This document shows positions 26,086 to 39,500 of a stretch of 64,000 bases of DNA, piece by piece; within the stretch, counting starts at the first letter, position 1; each line of letters opens with the position of its first letter. The position numbers and the translations under genes are program-made. The stretch is from contig JAUCBJ010007526.1 in the NCBI GenBank assembly GCA_032718475.1, positions 1-64,000 on the forward strand, in the 5' to 3' direction. Under the pieces are notes generated by a model. It was not told where the DNA came from, ran no database searches, and saw only the letters and a list, made by a program, of their open reading frames with translations. This stretch comes from Nemertoderma westbladi (Eukaryota; Animalia; Xenacoelomorpha).

Positions 26086-27030
26086 CAGGGACAGGATACG
26101 ATACGATGCGAAAACGGATTTTCGTATTCCGTATCGCAGTATTTTATTTGTATCGAATTTCGTATCGTTTCATAAAAATTTACTTCGTATCGTATAATAC
26201 GAATAAATATTTTTCGTATTTCGTATCGTATTTTCGTAACTTATTATTTTGTAAATATTACTGTTTTCAACAACAAACCAGAGATCACAGCACTTATTTA
26301 GTTACAATTTTTTTTTCTCAAAATTGGTGTATAAATTAGGTTACAGCTTACAGTTTAATTATGTAATAAAATGTGTAAGACAGGAGGATCGTTAATCACA
26401 TTTGTAATAATTAACTGTAAAATAATGATAATAAGATCACTGAAATATAATGTAATTTCAGTTTGAATAAACTTGTGAGGAGAAATCTAAGCGCGCTTAC
26501 AAGGCAATGATGTTTTGATAAAGGCATTAGTGAGAGAATAAAATAAATAAAACATGGTTTTATTCTGGTATTAGTTTAACTTTTTTTCCATATTGGTACA
26601 TCAAATTCAAAATTATTCCATAAATAAAGGTACCGGTAGCAGTTTAGTACAGTATGCATAAAGTGGCGTATTAACAGTAGTAACGCCTACTATTGCATTG
26701 GGCCGTGTTGCATAACGTCCTTATGGATGATATAGCCACACTATTGTTGCGGCAAGCATTCTGGAACAATGAAAAAAAATTGCCTATAATAAAGAGATTT
26801 ATATGATTTTCTAAGTATAATACAAATATACCATACATGTTTTTTTTATCAACTCTTCTAGGTAAAATACGATACGAAAAAAATACGAAACTTTTTTCGT
26901 ATTTCGTATCGTATCTTGGATTTTTTGTATCGTATCGTATTTTCTCAAAATTACGTTCGTATCGTATCGTAACATAAAAAAATGGTTCGCATCGTATCCT
27001 ATTTTCGTATCGTATCGTATCCTGCCCCTG
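26086..27030. mobile_element. Complete hAT-type MITE
   Basis: TIRs CAGGG(A/G)CAGGATACGATACGAT; 8-bp TSD GTAGTAAG (26078-26085 and 27031-27038). Confidence 0.92.
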
Positions 27031-27618
27031 GTAGTAAGTACTAAGTTGGGTTACATCCTATTTGAGTTGAACTTAAATCTTCTCCAGCTCTCCTCATTCT
27101 TATTAACCCAAAGATATAATAACGCTCTAATCTAAGAAATTATGTCGACGTTTGTGAATCCTGACCCTAATTCATAATTTAACGAGATGGCGTCGAATTT
27201 CTTACAGCTGAGGAGATTTTCAGGTTACGGTTTAGTTTTTTGATTAGCTAGATGCTTGGTTGGCCAGACCCTAGGTTATGGCAGGGTAGGATATGGTAAG
27301 GAGAATTGTTTGAAATTGAAGGAAAACTTTCATGAGTTTTATCATAAGAATTTATGAGAAAATCTAAAAATACATTAGATAAAAGTAATGAATAAGCAAT
27401 ATATTTAATAAGTTACAAAAAAAAACTTAAATTATTTTACCGTATATTAATTGTAAATTGTTATGTAGGAACCACCTTTACAGGTTGTGCCTCTGTTTGT
27501 CTGTATGAGTGGTAATTAAAGTTCAATGATTGAAATTCAGTTTAGGTCTGGAGCAGTTCATCAATAAGTTAATTATTATTACATAGATAGAAGAAAATAA
27601 ATTAAAGTTCACTCGTAT

Positions 27619-28908
27619 TTACATCCCTTCCGCGTTTAATTTCTTCAATTTCTCCCGGATTATTATAAGGCGTTGGATCTGGTTAGTTCCCTCGTAAATC
27701 TGGTAGATCTTCGCGTCTCTCATGAGTTTCTCTACGGGATATTCGGAGTTGTAACCGTTGCCTCCGTGGATCTGTACCGCGTCGCTGGCGCACCGATTTG
27801 CGTGGTCCGCGGCGAGACACTTCGCGATGCTGGCCATGTACGTGTTCCGTTTCCCTTGATCGGCTTCCCAGGCAGCGTTGTACACAGTAAGTCTAGCCGC
27901 CTCGGTTCCTATCAACATATCCGAAATCATGTTGGACACGGACTGGTGCGCGATTATCGGTTGCCCCATGGTTTTACGTTCGACCGCGTATTTAATGGAC
28001 TCGTCGATACAACGCTGAGCCAACCCCACGGCAGCGGCGCCCACCCCCGGCCTAGTGTGATCGAAAGCCCCCATAACCACCCTGAACCCCTCACCCGGCT
28101 TCCCGATAACATTGGAAACTGGAATACGAACATCTTCGAAGGTGACACCAGCGGTATTAGCGGCTCGTTGCCCCATGTTCCACTCCTTTCGGCCTTTCGT
28201 GATGCCGGGCGCGTCGGCTTCTATAACGAATGCGGTGAAAGCGCGATTCGTCGGGGCCTTTGGGTCCGGATCGGTCCGCGCCAACAAGAAATACCAACTC
28301 GCCATCCCTCCATTCGAAATCCACATTTTATTCCCGTTTATTATGTATTCATCCCCTTTTTTCTCCGCTTTCGTTTTTATCCCTGCTACGTCTGATCCAG
28401 CTCCCGGCTCTGTCACGCAGTACGCGCACACTATTGGCTCTTCCACCAACCAACCCAGGTATTTCTTTTTGAGATCGTGACTACCGAAAGAGAGGACCGG
28501 CGCGCCCGCTAATCCGTTAGCGAGCATCGCTAAAGAGATCCCCGTGCAAGCGTAGTTGGTCTCTTCCGCTATGATCATGTGTTCCATTGCGGAGAGACCT
28601 AAGCCCCCGTAGTCTGCGGGGACCCCGGTGTTCATGAGACCCAGACCCCACGCCTCTCGGATTATCTCCCACGGGAATTCGCCGCTTTTATCGTGCGCCG
28701 CCGCCACTGGGAGGATGCGTTCTCGCGCGAACTTTCGTGTCATCTGCTGCAGATCGAGCTGCTCGTTGGAGAACTGGAAGTTCATCCCGGTTTGGGTGTC
28801 AGCGGTTCCCGCGGCCGTCTGGGCGGAGATCGAGCGGTGTTGCGGTAGCGACCAGCGGCGACACTGCCCCCCGAAGACGTTCATTCTCGAGATACGGAAG
28901 AGAGCCAT
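27619..28908 (-). CDS. ACADM: Medium-chain acyl-CoA dehydrogenase, mitochondrial (intronless), 429 aa
   Basis: [78 protein letters not shown] (catalytic Glu in YEGT); Arg-rich N-terminal presequence. Confidence 0.95.
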   Translation of the reverse strand: MALFRISRMNVFGGQCRRWSLPQHRSISAQTAAGTADTQTGMNFQFSNEQLDLQQMTRKFARERILPVAAAHDKSGEFPWEIIREAWGLGLMNTGVPADYGGLGLSAMEHMIIAEETNYACTGISLAMLANGLAGAPVLSFGSHDLKKKYLGWLVEEPIVCAYCVTEPGAGSDVAGIKTKAEKKGDEYIINGNKMWISNGGMASWYFLLARTDPDPKAPTNRAFTAFVIEADAPGITKGRKEWNMGQRAANTAGVTFEDVRIPVSNVIGKPGEGFRVVMGAFDHTRPGVGAAAVGLAQRCIDESIKYAVERKTMGQPIIAHQSVSNMISDMLIGTEAARLTVYNAAWEADQGKRNTYMASIAKCLAADHANRCASDAVQIHGGNGYNSEYPVEKLMRDAKIYQIYEGTNQIQRLIIIREKLKKLNAEGM

Positions 28909-29617
28909 AATAATATGTCGTGGTAAATGTCAGAATGTGTCAGATTATGCGGGTTGACGGGGTAGGCTGTATTGCCGATAGGTAATCAGGTAATATAAGG
29001 GTTGCTTAAACGATAAAGGTAGTTGTTAGACTGTTACAGTCAGACAGTGTTATAGATAGTTACCACTCGTCAATACAGTAAGATGGGGTGGGCTACTTAC
29101 TACCTGGCAGCCTTAAGGGGTACGTGTTTACAGTTTAAGATGTGTAGCCCTAGTACAGTTAGGTACTTTCGCCTAATTAAGCGCCACTGCCAAACCGCCC
29201 AATTGAGCGCTGCCTATAGTAATCTCCATAGGAAACTTAGAGCTCAACCGCGCATTAAACTTAAAAAACACGCACTTTTTGGACAAAACAGCTGGCTTTA
29301 TCACCATGGATACCATATTTTGGCTTGTGTAAATAAAAAATTCGCATGTGTATTCTTCCAGAAAAGTGTATCGAAGTAAAAATTCGTCTAATTAAGCGAG
29401 ATGATTTTACGACCGCCTAATTGAGCTTTGCTTAAGATTAGTAAAATATGTGAACACCCAATTAAGCGCATACAGACTATTACACTCTATACTGGCTGAC
29501 TGGTATTTTTGTTTCCAAGTCCATTTTTACAGACAAATTTTGATTTTGTATTTATTTTTATTAACGATCAGACGATTTTATTATTTTTTTATTGAAATAT
29601 ATTTCAACATTTAATAA

Positions 29618-30804
29618 ATGGCTAACTTCAAAAGGTGCTGTAAAACACTTTGTCACGATTGGGTTATGGATCACACCAGTGAATTGGCATCTGTCGCCAC
29701 ATATGAGATAATGGACCTGTCGGAAAAAAAAGGCAAACGAGAAGTTATTGACAACATGATTGAAAAAGGTGTATTTCCAAAGAGAGCAAAATATATGTGT
29801 ACTGCCTGCCATTCATATTACTTGAAAAAAATTGCATTGCCCAGCACCCGCAAGAGACCAGACAAATTAGAAGATGAGATTGAAAGTAAACCTTTACCTA
29901 CTCCAACATTGTTCACTGAAGCAAGCACCAATACATCGTCATGCAATTTACAACTTTGGAACATGGAATCCTGTATCGATAAATTTCGTGAACAACTTCA
30001 TAAGGAACACCTCCCATCATACCCTGGAGCACAATCTCTAGATGATCTGATTGCGAACTTAAATAGTCAACAAATACCATCTGGATATGTTCGTGAATTA
30101 TTGTTTAGACTTTGTGGCGTGACCGACTTTAAGTCCAGAAATGGAAAAATAGCAACTAAGGTGTAGAGTTGTTACTTGCTACTTTAAATTTGCACTTTGT
30201 GGGAACTTACTCTGCCACAGAATCTGTGGTGTGCTATGCAGTTGATAATTCGAAATTTGGTGTAGTTGTCCGTTCAGATAGCAGCGCAGCACCAACTTAC
30301 ACTACATTATTAAATCTGTTGAAATCATCTGCCACTATAAAGGACAAAGTAGACAACTCTGATTCGATAATTGTGGTTGATAATAATCAGTTTGTGGGTA
30401 AGACTTATCACCTGTATAAAAACAAGGTTACGGTGGCAAAGGTTTGCTCTGTTATTTCGATTCAACATACACCATCAATTAAACTGCAAGGCGAATATAT
30501 AACATATTTGGACTTAAGTAATGTAGATATCGAACAGATTGTTGAGTCATATTTTGAGAAATATGATTGTAGTTTTCGACAAGCAAGGGCGGCCTTTGTC
30601 TTGTCAGAACTGAGGGAATTGAAAGGTTACACTGGTGCTTTATCTTTTTGTGATCATTCTTATGGTAAAATATTTGAACAAATAGGAACAATGCAGGACC
30701 TCTACAAATGCAATCTATCTAAGCCATCTTGGTCTGTGCATCAGCCATTACCAAAAGATCCATGCAGTTACGAATCTCTGAAGGAGATGCTTTTATATGA
30801 ATAG
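29618..30804 (+). pseudogene. Frameshifted, C-terminally truncated ORF in the outer element; possible transposase-like remnant
   Basis: 182-aa and 211-aa ORFs joined by a frameshift at ~30160. N-terminal Cys/His cluster (CCKTLCH...CTACH). IIVVDNNQ could be a first catalytic Asp strand; family not identified. Confidence 0.45.
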
Positions 30805-31211
30805 TCAGACAATTTTTTGGAATTAGTTATTTTTGAAACCCTGGTCCTACTTCCCCTAAGCTTCACCACAGGATCGGAAATTCCCTCCTTCATGGCTTCT
30901 TCCATTATATCTGCCTCCTTTATGGCTTCTTCTATGATATCTGTATCTTCCACAGCATTGGGGCCAACTTGATCCAGAATATTATGGCTAGGAGATGGAT
31001 CACAAGAGAAAGAAGTAGAAGGCATTTGAATATGAATATCTGGAATTGGAGTTGAAGATAGATCTGGAAATAAGTCCCTCATGCATTCAGAAGTATTAGG
31101 AGTACAGATAATATTATGAGTATTATCTGTTTCGGTACTGTCAGTGTACATCAGGTCATTCGTATTGATAGTTTCGAGCACTGTATATGTAGATATTTCG
31201 GAATCCATCAT
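30768..31211 (-). pseudogene. Convergent acidic ORF remnant in the outer element
   Basis: 147-aa Asp/Glu/Thr-rich ORF starting ~390 bp from the right TIR once nested inserts are removed. Confidence 0.35.
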
Positions 31212-31511
31212 AATAATTATCCTGATAATGGGAGGACTAACGTTAAGTAATTTGGGGAAAATCTTTTCGACCTACGCGTAGGCCTACGTGTAGCTACGCG
31301 TAGCTACGCGTAGCTACGCGTAGTTCGCAACATTGGGTCATATATCACCAGTTTCAGAGTTTTAACAATAACTACGCGTAGGTGCTACGCGTAGCTACGC
31401 GTAGGTGCTACGCGTAGCTACGCGTAGGTCCTACGCGACCTACGCATAGGTGCTACCCATAACTATGCCTATACGTCAGTACGTCGTTTATCATTAGTAG
31501 GCTTACGTATT

Positions 31512-32744
31512 TGTACGCGCTTTTATAGACCTTCAGCAGTTTAACCTGCCGAAATTTATATGTCTTTATTGATAATCTGCCTTTTGTAAGATGATAAGAT
31601 TTAATACAAACAAACCAAAAACATTAGCCGAAGCCAGTCCATGCGCGTCCAAATGACCCGTTTATAACACCGGGAGACTGGATTCGTGGGCTTAAATTTA
31701 TTTGCGGTCAAGCCTACGGTATTATTCGATTGATTACTAATATATAATCTCTGACAAATATTATTCACTTTCGGGAAATATTAGCAGTTCCTTTTAGGAC
31801 GTGGCGCTCTACCTATGTAAACAGAGTTATGACTGATACTACACACAACGATATGGCTTAAATTTCAAGCATAGGGCGCATTCTTTAGGAATGCTTTATT
31901 ATCAGATCCAATCACTTTACAATCACGCACGCTACCGGTAACGCACAACACTGCTCACTGATATGCCGACAGTTACTGACTTTGATCAGGTATAAAGAGA
32001 TATGCACTGGACTCAGGTAGTGTCTGTCAAACAACATTAGATTCACTACAAACACAATAATAAAGTCGCAATTGTTGTACATAACCTTTCTCTCTAACCT
32101 GTAGTGTATCAAAGATATTGGGAAAATGTGGGTTGATTATTGATATTCTTCAACTAATAACATCCAATTATACTGATACAAAATTACAAACAGTAAAAGC
32201 AGTATGACGGTAGGTTAAGATACAATTAGATTGCATTGAATCGTTAATAGCGAATTGGTAAGATAATAGCTATGCTTTCTATAATTTTGCCTACTAATGT
32301 TCTTACAAAAAGGCAGAAAACATTTCGCTATCTCAACACGGTCTTAAAACACTGATAATAAAGTCCTAAAATCATAACGAAATCATAACAAAAATCCCGT
32401 GACTTTAGCTCTCTTATTTTCCAAGAATCCCGTTCAACACATGTAATCAGCAGTGAGACAGGATAATTTCAGTTCAGTAGCTCGGGATTGGTCGAAATCA
32501 GAACTAACTCAACGCAGGGCTATGGGTAACTGGGGCAACCTTCCCAAGCCGGCTGGCCAATCGAACAGCTCAGATCCCTCCTAAAGGATTCCAACGCTTT
32601 GGAGGGGGGAACTGGTTAGCAAAGAAAACAAATCAGTCATATCCCAGAAAAACCTTTACAGTAGGTTTCAGAGTATTTTAGCGTATGGGGGAAAAACTGG
32701 GTTGCGGGGCGAAGGGCCAGTTACATCCCACAGAAGCTTTTACA
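31512..32744 (-). repeat. 3' LTR
   Basis: No difference from 42738-43970 found by eye; preceded on the minus strand by GGGAGCGG. Confidence 0.95.
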
Positions 32745-32752
32745 CCGCTCCC
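32745..32752 (-). promoter_or_regulatory. Putative polypurine tract
   Basis: GGGAGCGG immediately 5' of the 3' LTR on the element strand; short and imperfect. Confidence 0.6.
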
Positions 32753-32822
32753 AGAAAATGAGATTGAAGTCTATAAAATATACAAAATCGCAGTTTCTAA
32801 TATACATAAATACTCTAAACCG

Positions 32823-33500
32823 TTAGTCTTTCTTGCGCGGACGGCGTTTACGCAGTTTTTTAAAGCTAGCCAGAGTCCTTTTCTCTTTGGGGCGAGCCAC
32901 TTTACAAGGAGGGCTATAACTCCTGGGTGAAGGGTGCAATATAATTGCATCAGAGGGTGCAGGATTGTTGTCGGTATATCCGCCAGTTGAGGTTCCGGGT
33001 AGATTGTCATCAACATCGGGGGACTGGGGTCTAACGGCCTTTAGGGCTCGTTTTAGGACGGCTGCTCTCACAGGTCCTCTGCGAGTGGTCTGAACGGAAG
33101 CCGTGGGTGGACCGTAGGCTGTCAGAAACTGTCTTGGTTTAACGGTTCTCTCCAACTCGCGTTCGCGGGCTCGATATTCGTAAGGCCTTCGATATACTTC
33201 TTGTAACTCAGGATGCGAGTTAACGAATAATTCTCCATAGTCCGGATCGCGTCGGATAAAGTTGATTAAATAATAGGAATGAATATCATTGGGGTTAACT
33301 CTCCTAAGAGTTTATCTCCGAAGTTGGGAATCATCGAGGGATGACGGATAGTTTTAGAGTATAAGTCCGTCATAAGGATTTGGGTTTCGGGTTGAGCTAA
33401 AGCGGCTTCTTCCCTCTCGTCCATTTCCGTATGTTTCTTTTCGAGTTGGTTCTCTTCCGCGCGTTGTCTCATACGCTCGTCTAGAAACTCCTGGAGAGAG
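32823..33500 (-). pseudogene. Decayed accessory ORF in the 3' region of the LTR element
   Basis: YSLQEFLDERMRQRAEENQLEKKH...(stop, frameshift)...YEYRARERELERTVK...KKLRKRRPRKKD. A second, internally deleted copy at 33504-33850 conserves the peptide FLDExxxxRAEENQLExKH despite many DNA differences. Confidence 0.5.
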
Positions 33501-34465
33501 TACGCTTTTACACCGCTCCCAGAAAATGGGATTGAAGTCTATAAAATATACGAGATCACAGTTTCTAATATACATAAATACTCTAAACCGTTAGTCTTTC
33601 TTGCGCGGACGGCATTTACGCAGTTTTTTAAAGCTGGCCAGAGTCCTTTTCTCTTTGGGGCGAACCACTTTACAAGGAGGGCTATAGCTCCTGGGTGAAA
33701 GGTGCAATATAATTGCATCAGAGGGTGCAGGCTTATAGTCGGGGTATCCGCCGTTTCGATATGCTTCTCCTCGAGCTGATTTTCCTCTGCTCGTCGGTGG
33801 ATACATTCGTCCAAAAATCTCGCGGAGAATAGAGTCGTCCAAGTTCGATATCTTCTTAGAGATTAGTTTAAGTTATCTGAACAAACGCAGGTTTCTTTCC
33901 TGATCTTTGTGGAATAGCGTCTAACTCGTTTCGGACAACGCTCTCCTCTACCTTGATGACGGGTGGTAGCGGGTTAAACGGGAACGATCCCGATTACACG
34001 GTTGAATGGCAACAACGGGTGTCCGTGCCTCAATCCGGCCAGGTAAGATAGGCGGATATTTAGGGAGCCATTAACCTGAGTGCCACCAACTAACGGCTCG
34101 GGTAACACTGGATCTCGGAACAGTAAGCACAGTTCATGAGGATCCGTGATACTATTAGGATCAAGAGTCCGAGATCTAACTAAGGAAGGAGGAGGTCTGA
34201 CCGAGCATTCCGGAACTCAGATCATAGGTCTACTCAAGGATCGCCCGAGCCGAGAAAGCGTGGGTGACACATCGAACAAGTTTCTCTCGAAACTCCCGCA
34301 AACACAGCGAGCAAACCGTGTTTAAAGCTTCGTCTCCGTTGACGTTTATGTCTTTCCGTTTGTTGGTTGGTCTTAGGCATTCATCGTAATAATACCAAGA
34401 CACACGTCTTGTAGGGGAAACGCGAGTGATATTTATTTGGTGTTACAATGCTTCTCTCAAGAATT

Positions 34466-34888
34466 CTAAATATACGTTGGAGTTACCGCGTTTATCCGCT
34501 TCTTGAACGTCTTTTCTTTCGCGTAGACTTCGAATAGAATTTTCGCATTCGAATTTAAGTTCATTGTTACGACTCCGCTGGGTAGGATATTTAAATAATA
34601 CCATTTCCCTTTTGTGTTGACATAGTCCGTATCGTGTAAGTCGATAGAATAGCCGGTAGTTAAGAAGTCCATATACATACCATTAATATGCGTATAGCGA
34701 GCGGTGAACTTGCTACAGTCCAACCCACGCGCAAGTTGCTCCTGGGACATAGGTGGTTCGATATAACTACCATCGTCCTCGGTAGTAGTTGGATCAGCTT
34801 CACCGCGTATCAAGCTATCCACAAACGCTTGTAAAGGTAGAGTATATCCCTCTCTAATACCAAAATCATCTTCTATCAACTCCGTCAT
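34466..34888 (-). CDS. Orphan 140-aa ORF inside the LTR element
   Basis: Intact ATG-to-stop ORF with globular-looking composition; AG 2 nt upstream of the ATG and AATAAA ~30 nt after the stop. No recognised domain. Confidence 0.45.
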   Translation of the reverse strand: MTELIEDDFGIREGYTLPLQAFVDSLIRGEADPTTTEDDGSYIEPPMSQEQLARGLDCSKFTARYTHINGMYMDFLTTGYSIDLHDTDYVNTKGKWYYLNILPSGVVTMNLNSNAKILFEVYAKEKTFKKRINAVTPTYI

Positions 34889-36522
34889 ATCTGTTATATG
34901 AGTCTACCAATATTAGAAGGAGTTTGGCTTTAGGCGAGCAGGCGTCGCTGCCTACCCCTCTCTGCCCCCGGACAGTGGGATCCTCAGCGCAGATGCACCG
35001 TTGTCGCGTGTTTACGCCAACGTTGTGGCAACAGCACGACAACGATAACCGGCACAAGTCACTCCACTGTCCGTCCCAAAGTCTTGAAATCACTTGAGGT
35101 TCTTGCTATGGGAGAGTTGGGCTACTTTACAATTGCGACTAGCTACGGTAAACACACTTTAGCAGTAACATTCACCTACAAACGCACAAATTCCACACAA
35201 CAGCTACCAACTACAATCATACAGGCCACTTGTCCGTTAGTCAGTGCTTTCCAAAATGTCACGTTGTTATTGTGTATCCTTGGATACCAACAGTGTGCTA
35301 TGTAATCACTATGCTAGGCAATGGGCAAGCTTTCTATTGTTCTGTTAACTCGTTTCTAATTCTGTTAACTCGTTTCTAATTCTAGCGTGGGTGTTGCTAT
35401 GGTGACATTATGTAAAGCTAGCGGTAGAATTAGGGTAATTCTCATGCATACAGATCTGGGATGCTGTTTGATAGTAAGTCTTTAATTGTCAAGATCCTCT
35501 TTATACATGATTTTATGAATTTTGTCGGCTATTGACTATATGTTGGAGATTCTCGCGCTCTAATACACTCAATAGGATTAATCTCCGCTCCCGTGATCTA
35601 TTAATTAGTGGAATTTTGGGAATATTAGAAATTGTGCAAAATGACAATTTATTAGATTCATAAAATATGAATTTTAAATTTATTCCCGTGAATTTTATTA
35701 TTTGATGGTAAGATTGACACAATTTTGATTCCAGAACATATCTGGGGACATAAGATCCTTAATTCTATAAAATGGTCTTTTAAGAATACCGGTAAGTGCT
35801 ACGATATCTTAATTAACTAGAAATTTTAAAGGATCTGAATTTGACAGATTTTAATAAATATTAAATTAATATTTAAGATGGGCACCGATTTATTCCAGAA
35901 CTTGTCTGGGGACGTTAACCACTGATTCTAGAATTTGTCTTTCAAGTATATCGGTGGGTGCCACGATATCTTAATCGACTAGAATTACAGATGGTCAAAA
36001 GTTTAACAGATTTATTTGCGTTTTACGCTACTGTTAAAGGGACATCACGCTACTATATGTATTATTTAATATAGGTAGAAGAGCAATATCGCACAAGGCA
36101 ATGTCAGTGTGAAGAGGCAAGTCGTTTCCAAGGTCTACCCAGAGCTTGGTTTAGCCGAGACACGAGGATCTGAACTTTGCATTCCTAATACTCTGCCTAC
36201 CAATAATACTGAAAATATAGTAGTGGCTTTATTGTACTTTAATAAGTACGGACATTTCATCTTACTGTAGTCTCGCATTTATAATATAATACGGACAGTA
36301 AGGAAAGAGAAAATAATTATTTCTCGCCGTCGCACTAAGTATATTATGTAATTACGTAATAAACACTAATATATTGCACTAATCTACTAAATAATCTAAA
36401 ATAACACTCTACTAAATAAAATTAAATAAAACGATTATAATAAAATACATAGTAATACATACATAAATATAAAATAAAAACAAATATAAAATAATATAGT
36501 CACACACCCACTCCATATATTA

Positions 36523-39500
36523 TTACGTGATGGAGTCCCTAGATATTTGTCGAATTAGGGAAGTGGTCGTAGGAAGAGTATCTTGCCTTCCATGGTTTCC
36601 GGACAGTTTTCGGTCTCTTCCCGGTAAACCTAAACGACCAGCTGGGCGATTAGGCCGTCGTGATATTTCCTCCGCTCCCTTGGCCTGTCTAATCTCCGCC
36701 GCGGCAAGACGAGGAGGCCATTCTTCTTCTTCTTTACTTAGGGAGTCGGGTCCACCCAACCAGCCGGGAGTATCTATCCGTTCTTGAGGAGTTACTCCTC
36801 TGGAAGCGATGTCGGCTAGATTAATCGTCTCGGGTCGATGTCTCCATTGATCTACATTGGAGTTGATATCGTCGCTATCTGAGGAGTATGTTGTTCCCTC
36901 AGTGGCTTCGTCCACCTCACTGCTCTCCTCTTCCCAAGCTTTTACTTGAAGTATCCGGTCTTGTGGCAGTCTTTCTTCAAGGGTTCTGCGGGAAGGGCCA
37001 GTGAAGTACCAACCTACTCGAGTTCTTACCGCATAAGGTTGTAATGGCTGCGGTTGAGCAGGCCGTTTCTCTAACGTCTCGAGCGCCTCATGCGCGTTTT
37101 GGCCGATAAGGATTTGTACTCCAGGATAATCAGTTTGGAATCGAGGTATTCCCAAATGTTGGATGTTCTCGTCCTCGTCCCAGTCATAAGGTTCTACTTG
37201 AGTAGTAGCGAAGTTCTTTATTGCCACCATTTTTACTGACTCTATACTTTGTTCCCCTAATTTATCCTGTGGAGTGGACAATGCGCCGATATAATAATCT
37301 GCCATTAAGGTAGATTTCCAAACCTGCATAATTCCGGACATATTTAACTTAGTTCGGAATTTGGGTTGTCCAGCAAAAATATCCTCGGCTAACTCCTTGT
37401 CGATGAATGTTCCGGTGCTACCTGAGTCAAGGAGGGCGTTCACTATGTAACTTTTATTAGGCCCGTGAACTCTTACCTGGACTACCGGAAATTCTCGTAT
37501 TCCTATGTTGGATGTTGGAACTTTCCAAGATGGTTGCTTGTCCAAGGGGGTTGATGGAAACTCCGTGTCGTTGTCCTTTTCGTACGTAAGTGCTCGATAC
37601 ACTGCGGTGTTTATTAGATAACAGGATTCGTTGGCATCAGAGAATTCGTCCGTATAGAATCCTTCCCACTCAGAACTTTGGTCAGTGTCGTTCACATCAC
37701 TGAATTGTACATGTGATTTGGGCTCACTTACCTGACTCGGGTGGTTTCGTTCGAATTCCGTGTGCAATAAGCTGTGATGTTTCGCGCCGCACTTAGCACA
37801 CCTTGCGTCAGAGTAACAGGTTCGCCGCTGGTGTCCGCGTCTGAGACAGTTATAACACAACCGCTTATCCCACAGGACTCCACGTCTATCTGCCAGGGAT
37901 TTCTTTTGGAATTCCGCACACGCACTCAAACGGTGGGGCCCGTCGCACAGCGCACATTTTGGTTTGATGTTACTCACTTTAACTTGGGCAATGCTGTGCA
38001 CTTTCGCTCGTTCTTCGGGCTTGCTTACCTGAATTCTTTTGGGAGACTGAGGAGGGGTCTTGGTAAGCTTGTCTCTCCTATCATTGGTTCGAGGCTGGTA
38101 TTTACTTACGTCTCTCGGGGTTTTGTGGTCATCGTAGGATCTTGCTGTGTCTTTCCCGCTGTCCTCTTCATGGGAGGTCTGGCTTTCGCCGTCGTCAGTA
38201 TAACATACTGATGTTACCCTTCTCCTAGAAACGGGTTTCTCACTTACCTTATCTTCCGATGTTTTTTCCCTGGATTGCTTTATTAATTGTAGTTTGACCT
38301 CACGGTCTAGGAATGACATGAGATCCGCCATGGTGGGGCTCCGTCGTTGTTGCTCCATCATATACAACACTTTCTTGTCCCAGCGAGTACATACTCCACC
38401 CTTTGGTAAAGTAGAGACTATGGCTCCAATAACCATGGAACTCTGATATTCATGGGACTTACCTAACCAATCCAATTGCCTACAGATTTCTTGAATCTCA
38501 TCGGAAAACTCTATAATCTCGTTACTAAGGAACTTTCGAGGAGCTACCAGTTTTGCATACAAATACTTAGCGATATTATCCTTATTACCATACCTGGTGT
38601 TTAATGTGTCCCAGACTTGTCTTAATCCATTTGGATGTCCAATAAACTTCAACGCCATTAACTTGGGAGGTCCTTCCAAACATTTGATGAGGAATCTCAG
38701 TTTCTCTCCGCTAGATAGTACAGAGTTCTGTATGCTATCTTCATAATATTCTTTAAAAGGTAACCATTTCATCTCATCACCGTTGAATTTGACAATTTCT
38801 CCCACTTTGACCGCTTGGCGGGCTTCTGTTCTAGCCATCTGACGCGTAAAGCTTTCTTGGGCCATCGTGTTATTTAATATCGAATTATCGGTATATAAAT
38901 TTTTCAGATCATTATCAGGTCTATAGGGAATATCATTACTCACAGGTTTGTAATCTCCTTTAATAGGGTTTACTATAGGAGTTTCTACATCGCTAGCAGT
39001 ATATATGCGTATAGGCGACACACCTTGCGCATGATACACTTCAGACCTAGCAGGTTGACACAGGGTTACAGGGGGTGTTTCTACTTTACTAGCAGTATAT
39101 ATGCGTGTAGGCGACACACCTTGCGCATGATACACTTCAGACCTAGCAGGTTGACACAGGGTTACAGGGGGTGTTGGTATTCCCCTTTGTATATTGACTA
39201 ATTTGTCGCGCTCTAATGCGATATTTTGCTGCACTTCTTGCAGCTCTATCCTACTATCCCTTACGGTTCCCTTGAGTTGGTAGACAGTCCCTTCTAAGTC
39301 CCGGATCTGTTGCGAGGAACAGTCCCGCTGTTCCCGCATTTGACCGAGCAAGAGACTCATCTCCCGCCGTCCCTTCTCCACCCACTCGACCGCCGAAGCG
39401 GGAGTCGCCAACGTTGTAGCGGGCCGTATCGGGGCGACGGGAGACAGATCTTGTATGTCTCTCTCGGTCTCCAGAACCGGGGCTTGGGCTGCTCCACCAG

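Noticed and set aside
27619-28908. Bacterial horizontal transfer or contamination for ACADM
   Set aside because: Has a mitochondrial-type presequence and animal MCAD-type motifs, with contiguous eukaryotic flanks.
27673-28957. Plus-strand ORFs overlapping ACADM
   Set aside because: Antisense shadows of a GC-rich CDS.
34466-34888. env gene
   Set aside because: Too short, with no signal peptide, furin site or TM helix.
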